The translations under genes and the position numbers were made by a program. A stretch of 64,000 nucleotides of DNA from the human T2T-CHM13v2.0 reference genome, Homo sapiens: the NCBI RefSeq assembly GCF_009914755.1, contig NC_060934.1; one strand, written 5' to 3'. Positions 35,125 through 49,300 of the stretch are shown here, piece by piece. A model generated the notes under the pieces. That model saw only the letters and a list, made by a program, of their open reading frames with translations. It searched no databases and had not been told where the DNA came from. Each line of letters begins with the position of its first letter. The stretch's first letter is position 1.

Positions 35125-38100
35125 GAATTCTCAGTAACTTCTTTGTGTTGTGTGTATTCAACTCACAGAGTTGAACCTTTCTTTAGAGAGAGCAGAGTTG
35201 AAACACTCTGTTTTTGGAATTTGGAAGTGCAGATTTCAAGGGAATCTAGGCCTATGGCAGAAAAGGAAATATCTTCGTATAAAAACTACACAGAATCATT
35301 CTCAAAAACTACTTTGTGATGTGTGCGTTCAACTCACAAAGTTTAACCTTTCTTTTCATAGAGCAGTTTGGAAACACTCTGTTTGTAAAGCCTGCAAGTG
35401 CTTTTTTGGACTTCATTGAGGCCTTCGTTGGAAACGGGATTTCTTCATATAATGCTAGACAGAAGAATTCTCAGTAAATCATTTGTGTTGCGTTTATTCA
35501 ACTCACAGAGTGGAACCTTCCTTTATTCAGAGCAGTTTTGAAACACTCTTTTTGTGGAATTTGCAAGTGGAGATTTCAAGCGATTTGATGCCAATCTTAG
35601 ACATGGAAATATCTTCATATTAAAAGTACACAGAATCATTCGTAGAAACTAGTTTGTGATGTGTGCCTTCAACTCACAGAGTTTAACCTTTCTTTTCATA
35701 GAGCAGTACGGAAACACTCTATTTGTAAAGTCTGCAAGTGGATATTTGGATCTCTTTGAGGCCATCGTTGGAAACGGGATTTCTTCATATAACGCTAGAC
35801 AGAAGAATTCTCAGTAACTTCTTTGTGTTGTGTGTATTCAACTCACAGAGTTGAACCTTTCTTTAGAGAGAGCAGAGTTGAAACACTCTTTTTGTGGAAT
35901 TTGCTAGTGTAGATTTCAAACGCTTCGAAGACAGTGATAGAAAAAGATATATCTTCGTATTAAAAGTAGACAAAATCATTCTCAGAAAACTCTTTGTGAT
36001 GTGTGTGTTCAACTCACAGAGTTTAACCTTTCTTTAATCGAGCAGTTTGGAAATACACTCTTTGTAAGTCTGCAGGTGGATAATTGGCCCTCTTTGAGCC
36101 CTTCGTTGGAAACGGGATTTCCTCATATAATGCTAGACAGAAGAATTCTCAGTAACTTCTTTGTGTTGTATGTATTCAACTCACAGATTTGAACCTTCCT
36201 TTAGAGAGAGCAGATTTGAAACACTCTGTTTTTGGAATTTGCAAGTGCAGATTTCAAGCGCTTCTAGGCCTATGGCAGAAAAGGAAATATCTTCGTATAA
36301 AAACTACACAGAATCATTCTCAACAACTACTTTGTGATGTGTGCGTTCAACTCACAGAGTTTAACCTTTCTTTTCATAGAGCAGTTTGGAAACACTCTGT
36401 TTGTAAAGCCTGCAAGTGCTTTTTTGGACTTCATTGAGGCCTTCGTTGGAAACGGGATTTCTTCATATAATGCTAGACAGAAGAATTCTCAGTCACTTCT
36501 TTGTGTTGTGTGTATTCAAGTCACAGAGTTGAACCTTCTTTTAGACAGAGCAGTTTTGAAAAATTTTTTCTGTGGAATTTGCAAGTGGAGATTTCAAGCG
36601 ATTTGAGGCTAATCTTTGAAATGGAAATATCTTCGTGTAAAAACTACACAGAATCATTCTCAGAAACTGCTTTGTTATCTGTGCGTTCAGTTCACAGAGT
36701 TTCACCTTTCTCTTCATAGAGCAGTTTGGAAAGTCTCTGTCTGTAAAGTCCGCAAGTGATTAGTTAGACCCCTTTGAGGCCTTCGTTGGAAGCGGGATTT
36801 CTCATTTACTGCTAGACAGAAGAATTCTCAGTAAATCCTTTCTGTTGCGTGTATTCAACTCACAGAGTGGAACCTTCCTTTATTCAGAGCAGTTTTGAAA
36901 AACACTGTTTGTGGAATTTGCAAGTGGAGATTTCAAGCGATTTGACGCCAATCTTAGACATGGAAATATCTTCATATTAAAAGTACACAGAGTCATTCGT
37001 AGAAACTAGTTTGTGATGTGTGCCTTCAACTCACAGAGTTTAACCTTTCTTTTCATAGAGCAGTTGGGAAACACTCTATTTGTAAAGTCTGCAAGTGGAT
37101 ATTTGGACCTCTTTGAGGCCTTCGTTGGAAACGGGATTTCTTCATACAACGCCAGACAGAAGAATTCTCAGTAACTTCTTTGTGTTGTGTGTATTCAACT
37201 CACAGAGTTGAACCTTTCTTTAGAGAGAGCAGAGTTGAAACACTCTTTTTTTGGAATTTGCAAGTGCAGATATCAAGCGATTCTAGGCCTATGGCAGAAA
37301 AGGAAATATCTTCGTATAAAAACTACACAGAATCATTCTCAACAACTACTTTGTGATGTGTGCGTTCAACTCACAGAGTTTAACCTTTCTTTTCATAGAG
37401 CAGTTTGGAAACACTCTGTTTGTAAAGCCTGCAAGTGCTTTCTTGGACTTCATTGAGGCCTTCGTTGGAAACGGGATTTCTTCATATAATGCTAGACAGA
37501 AGAATTCTCAGTCACTTCTTTGTGTTGTGTGTATTCAAGTCACAGAGTTGAACCATCTTTTAGACAGAGCAGTTTTGAAAAATTCATTCTGTGGAATTTG
37601 CAATTGGAGATTTTAAGCGATTTGAGGCTAATCTTTGAAATGGAAATATCTTCGTGTAAAAACTACACAGAAGCATTCTCAGAAACTGCTTTGTCATCTG
37701 TGCGTTCAGTTCACAGAGTTTCACCTTTCTCTTCATAGAGCAGTTTGGAAAGACTCTGTCTGTAAAGTCTACAAGTGATTAGTTAGACCCCATTGAGGCC
37801 TTCTTTGGAAGCGGGATTTCTCATTTACTGCTAGACAGAAGAATTCTCAGTAAATCCTTTGTGTTGTGTGTATTCAACTCACAGAGTGGAACCTTCCTTT
37901 ATTCAGAGCACTTTTGAAAAACACTTTTAGTGGAATTTGCAAGTGCAGATTTCAAGCGATTTGACGCCAATCTGAGACATGGAAATATCTTCATATTAAA
38001 AGTACACAGAGTCATTCGTAGAAACTAGTTTGTGATGTGTGCCTTCAACTCACAGAGTTTAACCTTTCTTTTCATAGAGCAGTTGGGAAACACTCTATTT

Positions 38101-41100
38101 GTAAAGTCTGCAAGTGGATATTTGGACCTCTTTGAGGCCTTCGTTGGAAACGGGATTTCTTCATATAACGCTAGACAGAAGAATTCTCAGTAACTTCTTT
38201 GTGTTGTGTGTATTCAACTCACAGAGTTGAACCTTTCTTTAGAGGGAGCAGAGGTGAAACACTCTTTTTGTGGAATTTGCTAGTGTAGATTTCAAACGCT
38301 TCGAAGTCAGTGATAGAAAAGGATATATCTTCGTATTAAAAGTAGACAAAATCATTCTCAGAAAACTCTTTGTGATGTGTGTGTTCAACTCACAGAGTTT
38401 AACCTTTCTTTAATCGAGCAGTTTGGAAATACACTCTTTGTAAGTCTGCAGGTGGATATTTGGCCCTCTTTGAGCCCTTCTTTGGAAACGGGATTTCCTC
38501 ATATAATGCTAGACAGAAGAATTCTCAGTAACTTCTCTGTGTTGTTTGTATTCAACACACAGATTTGAACCTTCCTTTAGAGAGAGCAGATTTGAAACAC
38601 TCTGTTTTTGGAATTTGCAAGTGCAGATTTCAAGCGCTTCTAGGCCTATGGCAGAAAAGGAAATATCTTCGTATAAAAACTACACAGAATCATTCTCAAC
38701 AACTACTTTGTGATCTGTGCGTTCAACTCACAGAGTTTAACCTTTCTTTTCATAGAGCAGTTTGGAAACACTCTGTTTGTAAAGCCTGCAAGTGCTTTTT
38801 TGGACTTCATTGAGGCCTTCGTTGGAAACGGGATTTCTTCATACAATGCTAGACAGAAGAATTCTCAGTAACTTCTTTGTGTTGTGTGTATTCAACTCAC
38901 AGAGTTGAACCTTTCTTTAGAGAGAGCAGAGATGAAACACTCTGTTTTTGGAATTTGCAAGTGCAGATTTCAAGCGATTCTAGGCCTATGGCAGAAAAGT
39001 AAATATCTTCGTATAAAAACTACACAGAATCATTCTCAACAACTACTTTGTGATGTGTGCGTTCAACTCACAGAGTTTAACCTTTCTTTTCATAGAGCAG
39101 TTTGGAAACACTCTGTTTGTAAAGCCTGCAAGTGCTTTTTTGGACTTCATTGAGGCCTTCGTTGGAAACGGGATTTCTTCATATAATGCTAGACAGAAGA
39201 ATTCTCAGTCACTTCTTTGTGTTGTGTGTATTCAAGTCACAGAGTTGAACCTTCCTTTAGACAGAGCAGTTTTGAAAAATTCTTTCTGTGGAGTTTGCAA
39301 GTGGAGATTTCCAGCGATTTGAGGCTAATCTTTGAAATGGAAATATCTTCGTGTAAAAACTACACAGAATCATTCTCAGAAACTGCTTTGTCATCTGTGC
39401 GTTCAGTTCACAGAGTTTCACCTTTCTCTTCATAGAGCAGTTTGGAAAGACTCTGTCTGTAAAGTCTGCAAGTGATTAGTTAGAACCCTTTGAGGCCTTC
39501 GTTGGAAGCGGGATTTCTCATTTACTGCTAGACAGAAGAATTCTCAGTAAATCCTTTGTGTTGTGTGTATTCAACTCACAGAGTGGAACCTTCCTTTATT
39601 CAGAGCAGTTTTGAAAAACACTTTTTGTGGAATTTGCAAGTGGAGATTTCAAGCGATTTGACGCCAATCTTAGACATGGAAATATCTTCATATTAAAAGT
39701 ACACAGAGTCATTCGTAGAAACTAGTTTGTGATGTGTGCCTTCAACTCACAGAGTTTAACCTTTCTTTTCATAGAGCAGTTTGGAAACACTCTATTTGTA
39801 AAGTCTGCAAGTGGATATTTGGACCTCTTTGAGGCCTTCGTTGGAAACAGGATTTCTTCATACAACGCTAGACAGAAGAATTCTCAGTAACTTCTTTGTG
39901 TTGTGTGTATTCAACTCACAGAGTTGAACCTTTCTTTAGAGAGAGCAGAGTTGAAACACTCTGTTTTTGGAATTTGCAAGTGCAGATTTCAAGCGATTCT
40001 AGGCCTATGGCAGAAAAGGAAATATCTTCGTATAAAAACTACACAGAATCATTCTCAACAACTACTTTGTGATGTGTGCGTTCAACTCACAGAGTTTAAC
40101 CTTTCTTTTCATAGAGCAGTTTGGAAACACTCTGTTTGTAAAGCCTGCAAGTGCGTTTTTGGACTTCATTGAGGCCTTCGTTGGAAAAGGGATTTCTTCA
40201 TATAATGCTAGACAGAAGAATTCTCAGTCACTTCTTTGTGTTGTGTGTATTCAAGTCACAGAGTTGAACCTTCCTTTAGACAGAGCAGTTTTGAAAAATT
40301 CTTTCTGTGGAGTTTGCAAGTGGAGATTTCAAGCGATTTGAGGCTAATCTTTGAAATGGAAATATCTTCGTGTAAAAACTACACAGAATCATTCTCAGAA
40401 ACTGCTTTGTCATCTGTGCGTTCAGTTCACAGAGTTTCACCTTTCTCTTCATAGAGCAGTTTGGAAAGACTCTGTCTGTAAAGTCTGCAAGTGATTAGTT
40501 AGACCCCTTTGAGGCCTTCGTTGGAAGCGGGATTTCTCATTTACTGCTAGACAGAAGAATTCTCAGTAAATCCTTTGTGTTGTGTGTATTCAACTCACAG
40601 AGTGGAACCTTCCTTTATTCAGAGCAGTTTTGAAACACTCTTTTTGTGGAATTTGCAAGTGGAGATTTCAAGCGATTTGACGCCAATCTTAGACATGGAA
40701 ATATCTTCATATTAAAAGTACACAGAGTCATTCGTAGAAACTAGTTTGTGATGTGTGCCTTCAACTCACAGAGTTTAACCTTTCTTTTCATAGAGCAGTT
40801 GGGAAACACTCTATTTGTAAAGTCTGCAAGTGGATATTTGGACCTCTTTGAGGCCTTCGTTGGAAACGGGATTTCTTCATATAACGCTAGACAGAAGAAT
40901 TCTCAGTAACTTCTTTGTGTTGTGTGTATTCAACTCACAGAGTTGAACCTTTCTTTAGAGGGAGCAGAGGTGAAACAGTCTTTTTGTGGAATTTGCTAGT
41001 GTAGATTTCAAACGCTTCGAAGTCAGTGATAGAAAAGGATATATCTTCGTATTAAAAGTAGACAAAATCATTCTCAGAAAACTCTTTGTAATGTGTGTGT

Positions 41101-43399
41101 TCAACTCACAGAGTTTAACCTTTCTTTAATCGAGCAGTTTGGAAATACACTCTTTGTAAGTCTGCAGGTGGATATTTGGCCCTCTTTGAGCCCTTCATTG
41201 GAAACGGGATTTCCTCTTATAATGCTAGACAGAAGAATTCTCAGTAACTTCTCTGTGTTGTTTGTATTCAACACACAGATTTGAACCTTCCTTTAGAGAG
41301 AGCAGATTTGAAACACTCTGTTTTTGGAATTTGCAAGTGCAGATTTCAAGCGCTTCTAGGCCTATGGCAGAAAAGGAAATATCTTCGTATAAAAACTACA
41401 CAGAATCATTCTCAACAACTACTTTGTGATGTGTGCGTTCAACTCACAGAGTTTAACCTTTCTTTTCATAGAGCAGTTTGGAAACACTCTGTTTGTAAAG
41501 CCTGCAAGTGCTTTTTTGGACTTCATTGAGGCCTTCATTGGAAACGGGATTTCTTCATACAACGCTAGAAAGAAGAATTCTCAGTAACTTCTTTGTGTTG
41601 TGTGTATTCAACTCACAGAGTTGAACCTTTCTTTAGAGAGAGCAGAGTTGAAACACTCTGTTTTTGGAATTTGCAAGTGCAGATTTCAAGCGATTCTAGG
41701 CGTATGGCAGAAAAGGAAATATCTTCATATAAAAACTACACAGAATCATTCTCAACAACTACTTTGTGATGTGTGCGTTCAACTCACAGAGTTTAACCTT
41801 TCTTTTCATAGAGCAGTTTGGATACACTCTGTTTGTAAAGCCTGCAAGTGCTTTTTTGGACTTCATTGAGGCCTTCGTTGGAAACGGGATTTCTTCATAT
41901 AATGCTAGACAGAAGAATTCTCAGTCACTTCTTTGTGTTGTGTGTATTCAAGTCACAGAGTTGAACCTTCCTTTAGACAGAGCAGTTTTGAAAAATTCTT
42001 TCTGTGGAATTTGCAAGTGGAGATTTCAAGCGATTTGAGGCTAATCTTTGAAATGGAAATATCTTCGTGTAAAAACTACACAGAATCATTCTCAGAAACT
42101 GCTTTGTCATCTGTGCGTTCAGTTCACAGAGTTTCACCTTTCTCTTCATAGAGCAGTTTGGAAAGACTCTGTCTGTAAAGTCTGCAAGTGATTAGTTAGA
42201 CCCCTTTGAGGCCTTCGTTGGAAGCGGGATTTCTCATTTACTGCTAGACAGAAGAATTCTCAGTAAATCCTTTGTGTTGTGTGTATTCAACTCACAGAGT
42301 GGAACCTTCCTTTATTCAGAGCAGTTTTGAAACACTCTTTTTGTGGAATTTGCAAGTGGAGATTTCAAGCGATTTGACGCCAATCTTAGACATGGAAATA
42401 TCTTCATATTAAAAGTACACAGAGTCATTCGTAGAAACTAGTTTGTGATGTGTGCCTTCAACTCACAGAGTTTAACCTTTCTTTTCATAGAGCAGTTGGG
42501 AAACACTCTATTTGTAAAGTCTGCAAGTGGATATTTGGACCTCTTTGAGGCCTTCGTTGGAAACGGGATTTCTTCATATAACGCTAGACAGAAGAATTCT
42601 CAGTAACTTCTTTGTGTTGTGTGTATTCAACTCACCGAGTTGAACCTTTCTTTAGAGAGAGCAGAGTTGAAACACTCTTCTTGTGGAATTTGCTAGTGCA
42701 GATTTCAAACGCTTCGAAGACAGTGATAGAAAAGGATATATCTTTGTATTAAAACTAGACAAAATCATTCTCAGAAAACACTTTGTGATGTGTGTGTTCA
42801 ACTCACAGAGTTTAACCTTTCTTTAATCGAGCAGTTTGGAAATACACTCTTTGTAAGTCTGCAGGTGGATAATTGGCCCTCTTTGAGCCCTTCGTTGGAA
42901 ACGGGATTTCCTCATATAATGCTAGACAGAAGAATTCTCAGTAACTTCTTTGTGTTGTTTGTATTCAACTCACAGATTTGAACCTTCCTTTAGAGAGAGC
43001 AGATTTGAAACACTCTGTTTTTGGAATTTGCAAGTGCAGATTTCAAGCGCTTCTAGGCCTATGGCAGAAAAGGAAATATCTTCGTATAAAAACTACACAG
43101 AATCATTCTCAACAACTACTTTGTGATGTGTGCGTTCAACTCACAGAGTTTAACCTTTCTTTTCATAGAGCAGTTTGGAAACACTCTGTTTGTAAAGCCT
43201 GTAAGTGCTTTTTTGGACTTCATTGAGGCCTTCGTTGGAAACGGGATTTCTTCATATAATGCTAGACAGAAGAATTCTCAGTCACTTCTTTGTGTTGTGT
43301 GTATTCAAGTCACAGAGTTGAACCTTCTTTTAGACAGAGCAGTTTTGAAAAATTCTTTCTGTGGAATTTGCAATTGGAGATTTTAAGAGATTTGAGGCT

Positions 43400-46300
43400 A
43401 ATCTTTGAAATGGAAATATCTTCGTGTAAAAACTACACAGAATCATTCTCAGAAACTGCTTTGTTATCTGTGCGTTCAGTTCACAGAGTTTCACCTTTCT
43501 CTTCATAGAGCAGTTTGGAAAGACTCTGTCTGTAAAGTCTGCAAGTGATTAGTTAGACCCCTTTGAGGCCTTCGTTGGAAGCGGGATTTCTCATTTACTG
43601 CTAGACAGAAGAATTCTCAGTAAATCCTTTGTGTTGTGTGTATTCAACTCACAGAGTGGAACCTTCCTTTATTCAGAGCAGTTTTGAAAAACACTTTTTG
43701 TGGAATTTGCAAGTGGAGATTTCAAGCGATTTGACGCCAATCTTAGACATGGAAATATCTTCATATTAAAAGTACACAGAGTCATTCGTAGAAACTAGTT
43801 TGTGATGTGTGCCTTCAACTCACAGAGTTTAACCTTTCTTTTCATAGAGCAGTTGGGAAACACTCTATTTGTAAAGTCTGCAAGTGGATATTTGGACCTC
43901 TTTGAGGCCTTCGTTGGAAATGGGATTTCTTCATACAACAGTAGACAGAAGAATTCTCAGTAACTTCTTTGTGTTGTGTGTATTCAACTCACAGAGTTGA
44001 ACCTTTCTTTAGAGAGAGCAGAGTTGAAACACTCTGTTTTTGGAATTTGCAAGTGCAGATTTCAAGCGATTCTAGGCCTATGGCAGGAAAGGAAATATCT
44101 TCGTATGAAAACTACACAGAATCATTCTCAACAACTACTTTGTGATGTGTGCGTTCAACTCACAAAGTTTAACCTTTCTTTTCATAGAGCAGTTTGGAAA
44201 CACGCTGTTTGTAAAGCCTGCAAGTGCTTTTTTGGACTTCATTGAGGCCTTCGTTGGAAACGGGATTTCTTCATATAATGCTAGACAGAAGAATTCTCAG
44301 TAAATCATTTGTGTTGCGTTTATTCAACTCACAGAGTGGAACCTTCCTTTATTCAGAGCAGTTTTGAAACACTCTTTTTGTGGAATTTGCAAGTGGAGAT
44401 TTCAAGCGATTTGACGCCAATCTTAGACATGGAAATATCTTCATATTAAAAGTACACAGAATCATTCGTAGAAACTAGTTTGGGATGTGTGCCTTCAACT
44501 CACAGAGTTTAACCTTTCTTTTCATAGAGCAGTTCGGAAACACTCTATTTGTAAAGTCTGCAAGTGGATATTTGGACCTCTTTGAGGCCATCGTTGGAAA
44601 AGGGATTTCTTCATATAACGCTAGACAGAAGAATTTTCAGTAACTTCTTTGTGTTGTGTGTATTCAACTCACAGAGTTCAACTTTTCTTTAGAGAGAGCA
44701 GAGTTGAAACACTCTTTTTGTGGAATTTGCTAGTGCAGATTTCAAACGCTTCGAAGACAGTGAAAGCAAAGGATATATCTTCGTATTAAAACTAGACAAA
44801 ATCATTCTCAGAAAACACTTTGTGATGTGTGTGTTCAACTCACAGAGTTTAACCTTTCTTTAATCGAGCAGTTTGGAAATACACTCTTTGTAAGTCTGCA
44901 GGTGGATAATTGGCCCTCTTTGAGCCCTTCGTTGGAAACGGGATTTCCTCATATAATGCTAGACAGAAGAATTCTCAGTAACTTCTTTGTGTTGTTTGTA
45001 TTCAACTCACAGATTTGAACCTTCCTTTAGAGAGAGCAGATTTGAAACACTCTGTTTTTGGAATTTGCAAGTGCAGATTTCAAGCGATTCTAGGCCTATG
45101 GCAGAAAAGGAAATATCTTCGTATAAAAACTACACAGAATCATTCTCAACAACTACTTTGTGATGTGTGCGTTCAACTCCCAGAGTTTAACCTTTCTTTT
45201 CATAGAGCAGTTTGGAAACACTCTGTTTGTAAAGCCTGCAAGTGCTTTTTTGGACTTCATTGAGGCCTTCATTGGAAACGGGATTTCTTCATATAATGCT
45301 AGACAGAAGAATTCTCAGTCACTTCTTTGTGTTGTGTGTATTCAAGTCACAGAGTTGAACCTTCTTTTAGACAGAGCAGTTTTGAAAAATTCTTTCTGTG
45401 GAATTTGCAATTGGAGACTTTAAGAGATTTGAGGCTAATCTTTGAAATGGAAATATCTTCGTGTAAAAACTACACAGAAGCATTCTCAGAAACTGCTTTG
45501 TCATCTGTGCGTTCAGTTCACAGAGTTTCACCTTTCTCTTCATAGAGCAGTTTGGAAAGACTCTGTCTTTAAAGTCTGCAAGTGATTAGTTAGACCCCTT
45601 TGAGGCCTTCGTTGGAAGCGGGATTTCTCATTTACTGCAAGACAGAAGAATTCTCAGTAAATCCTTTGTGTTGTGTGTATTCAACTCACAGAGTGGAACC
45701 TTCCTTTATTCAGAGCAGTTTTGAAAAACACTTTTTGTGGAATTTGCAAGTGGAGATTTCAAGCGATTTGACGCCAATCTTAGACATGGAAACATATTCA
45801 TATTAAAAGTACACAGTCATTCGTAGAAACTAGTTTGTGATGTGTGCCTTCAACTCACAGAGTTTAACCTTTCTTTTCATAGAGCAGTTTGGAAACACTC
45901 TATTTGTAAAGTCTGCAAGTGGATATTTGGACCTCTTTGAGGCCTTCGTTGGAAACGGGATTTCTTCATATAACGCTAGACAGAAGAATTCTCAGTAACT
46001 TCTTTGTGTTGTGTGTATTCAACTCACCGAGTTGAACCTTTCTTTAGAGAGAGCAGAGTTGAAACACTTTTCTTGTGGAATTTGCTAGTGCAGATTTCAA
46101 ACGCTTCGAAGACAGTGATAGAAAAGGATATATCTTCGTATTAAAACTAGACAAAATCATTCTCAGAAAACACTTTGTGATGTGTGTGTTCAACTCACAG
46201 AGTTTAACCTTTCTTTAATTGAGCAGTTTGGAAATACACTCTTTGTAAGTCTGCAGGTGGATAATTGGCCCTCTTGGAGCCCTTCGTTGGAAACGGGATT

Positions 46301-49300
46301 TCCTCATATAATGCTAGACAGAAGAATTCTCAGTAACTTCTTTGTGTTGTTTGTATTCAACTCACAGATTTGAACCTTCCTTTAGAGAGAGCAGATTTGA
46401 AACACTCTGTTTTTGGAATTTGCAAGTGCAGATTTCAAGCGCTTCTAGGCCTATGGCAGAAAAGGAAATATCTTCGTATAAAAACTACACAGAATCATTC
46501 TCAACAACTACTTTGTGATGTGTGCGTTCAACTCACAGAGTTTAACCTTTCTTTTCTTAGAGCAGTTTGGAAACACTCTGTTTGTAAAGCCTGCAAGTGC
46601 TTTTTTGGACTTCATTGAGGCCTTCGTTGGAAACGGGATTTCTTCATATAATGCTAGACAGAAGAATTCTCAGTCAGTTCTTTGTGTTGTGTGTATTCAA
46701 GTCACAGAGGTGAACCTTCTTTTAGACAGAGCAGTTTTGAAAAATTCTTTCTGTGGAATTTGCAATTGGAGATTTTAAGCGATTTGAGGCTAATCTTTGA
46801 AATGGAAATATCTTCGTGTAAAAACTACACAGAATCATTCTCAGAAACTGCTTTGTTATCTGTGCGTTCAGTTCACAGAGTTTCACCTTTCTCTTCATAG
46901 AGCAGTTTGGAAAGACTCTGTCTGTAAAGTCCGCAAGTGATTAGTTAGACCCCTTTGAGGCCTTCGTTGGAAGCGGGATTTCTCATTTACTGCTAGACAG
47001 AAGAATTCTCAGTAAATCCTTTGTGTTGTGTGTATTCAACTCACAGAGTGGAACCTTCCTTTATTCAGAGCAGTTTTGAAAAACACTTTTTGTGGAATTT
47101 GCAAGTGGAGATTTCAAGCGATTTGACGCCAATCTTAGACATGGAAATATCTTCATATTAAAAGTACACAGAGTCATTCGTAGAAACTAGTTTGTGATGT
47201 GTGCCTTCAACTCACAGAGTTTAACCTTTCTTTTCATAGAGCAGTTTGGAAACACTCTGTTTGTAAAGTCTGCAAGTGGATATTTGGACCTCTTTGAGGC
47301 CTTCGTTGGAAACGGGATTTCTTCATACAACGCTAGACAGAAGAATTCTCAGTAACTTCTTTGTGTTGTGTGTATTCAACTCACAGAGTTGAACCTTTCT
47401 TTAGAGAGAGCAGAGTTGAAACACTCTGTTTTTGGAATTTGCAAGTGCAGATTTCAAGCGATTCTAGGCCTATGGCAGAAAAGGAAATATCTTCGTATAA
47501 AAACTACACAGAATCATTCTCAACAACTACTTTGTGATGTGTGCGTTCAACTCACAAAGTTTAACCTTTCTTTTCATAGAGAAGTTTGGAAACACTCTGT
47601 TTGTAAAGCCTGCAAGTGCTTTTTTGGACTTCATTGAGGCCTTCGTTGGAAACGGGATTTCTTCATATAATGCTAGACAGAAGAATTCTCAGTCAGTTCT
47701 TTGTGTTGTGTGTATTCAAGTCACAGAGGTGAACCTTCTTTTAGACAGAGCAGTTTTGAAAAATTCTTTCTGTGGAATTTGCAATAGGAGATTTTAAGCG
47801 ATTTGAGGCTAATCTTTGAAATGGAAATATCTTCGTGTAAAAACTACACAGAATCATTCTCAGAAACTGCTTTGTTATCTGTGCGTTCAGTTCACAGAGT
47901 TTCACCTTTCTCTTCATAGAGCAGTTTGGAAAGACTCTGTCTGTAAAGTCTGCAAGTGATTAGTTAGTCCCCTTTGAGGACTTCGTTGGAAGCGGGATTT
48001 CTCATTTACTGCTAGACAGAAGAATTCTCAGTAAATCCTTTGTGTTGTGTGTATTCTACTCACAGAGTGGAACCTTCCTTTATTCAGAGCAGTTTTGAAA
48101 CACTGTTTTTGTGGAATTTGCAAGTGGAGATTTCAAGCGATTTGACGCCAATCTTAGACATGGAAATATCTTCATATTAAAAGTACACAGAGTCATTCGT
48201 AAAAACTAGTTTGTGATGTGTGCCTTCAACTCACAGAGTTTAACGTTTCTTTTCATAGAGCAGTTTGGAAACACTCTGTTTGTAAAGTCTGCAAGTGGAT
48301 ATTTGGACCTCTTTGAGGCCTTCGTTGGAAACGGGATTTCTTCATACAACGCTAGACAGAAGAATTCTCAGTAACTTCTTTGTGTTGTGTGTATTCAACT
48401 CACAGAGTTGAACCTTTCTTTAGAGAGAGCAGAGTTGAAACACTCTGTTTTTGGAATTTGCAAGTGCAGATTTCAAGCGATTCTAGGCCTATGGCAGAAA
48501 AGGAAATATCTTCGTATAAAAACTACACAGAATCATTCTCAACAACTACTTTGTGATGTGTGCGTTCAACTCACAAAGTTTAACCTTTCTTTTCATAGAG
48601 AAGTTTGGAAACACTCTGTTTGTAAAGCCTGCAAGTGCTTTTTTGGACTTCATTGAGGCCTTCGTTGGAAACGGGATTTCTTCATATAATGCTAGACAGA
48701 AGAATTCTCAGTAAATCCTTTGTGTTGTGTTTATTCAACTCACAGAGTGGAACCTTCTTTTATTCAGAGCAGTTTTGAAACACTCTTTTTGTGGAATTTG
48801 CAAGTGGAGATTTCAAGCGATTTGACGCCAATCTTAGACATGGAAATATCTTCATATTAAAAGTACACAGAATCATTCGTAGAAACTAGTTTGTGATGTG
48901 TGCCTTCAACTCACAGAGTTTAACATTTCTTTCCATAGAGCAGTTCGGAAACACTCTATTTGTAAAGTCTGCAAGTGGATATTTGGACCTCTTTGAGGCC
49001 TTCGTTGGAAAAGGGATTTCTTCGTATAACGCTAGACAGAAGAATTCTCAGTAACTTCTTTTTGTTGTGTGTATTCAACTCACAGAGTTGAACCTTTCTT
49101 TAGAGAGAGCAGAGTTGAAACACTCTTTTTGTGGAATTTGCTAGTGCAGATTTCAAACGCTTCGAAGACAGTGATAGCAAAGGATATATCTTCGTATTAA
49201 AACTAGACAAAATCATTCTCAGAAAACACTTTGTGATATGTGTGTTCAACTCACAGAGTTTAACCTTTCTTTAATCGAGCAGTTTGGAAATACACTCTTT

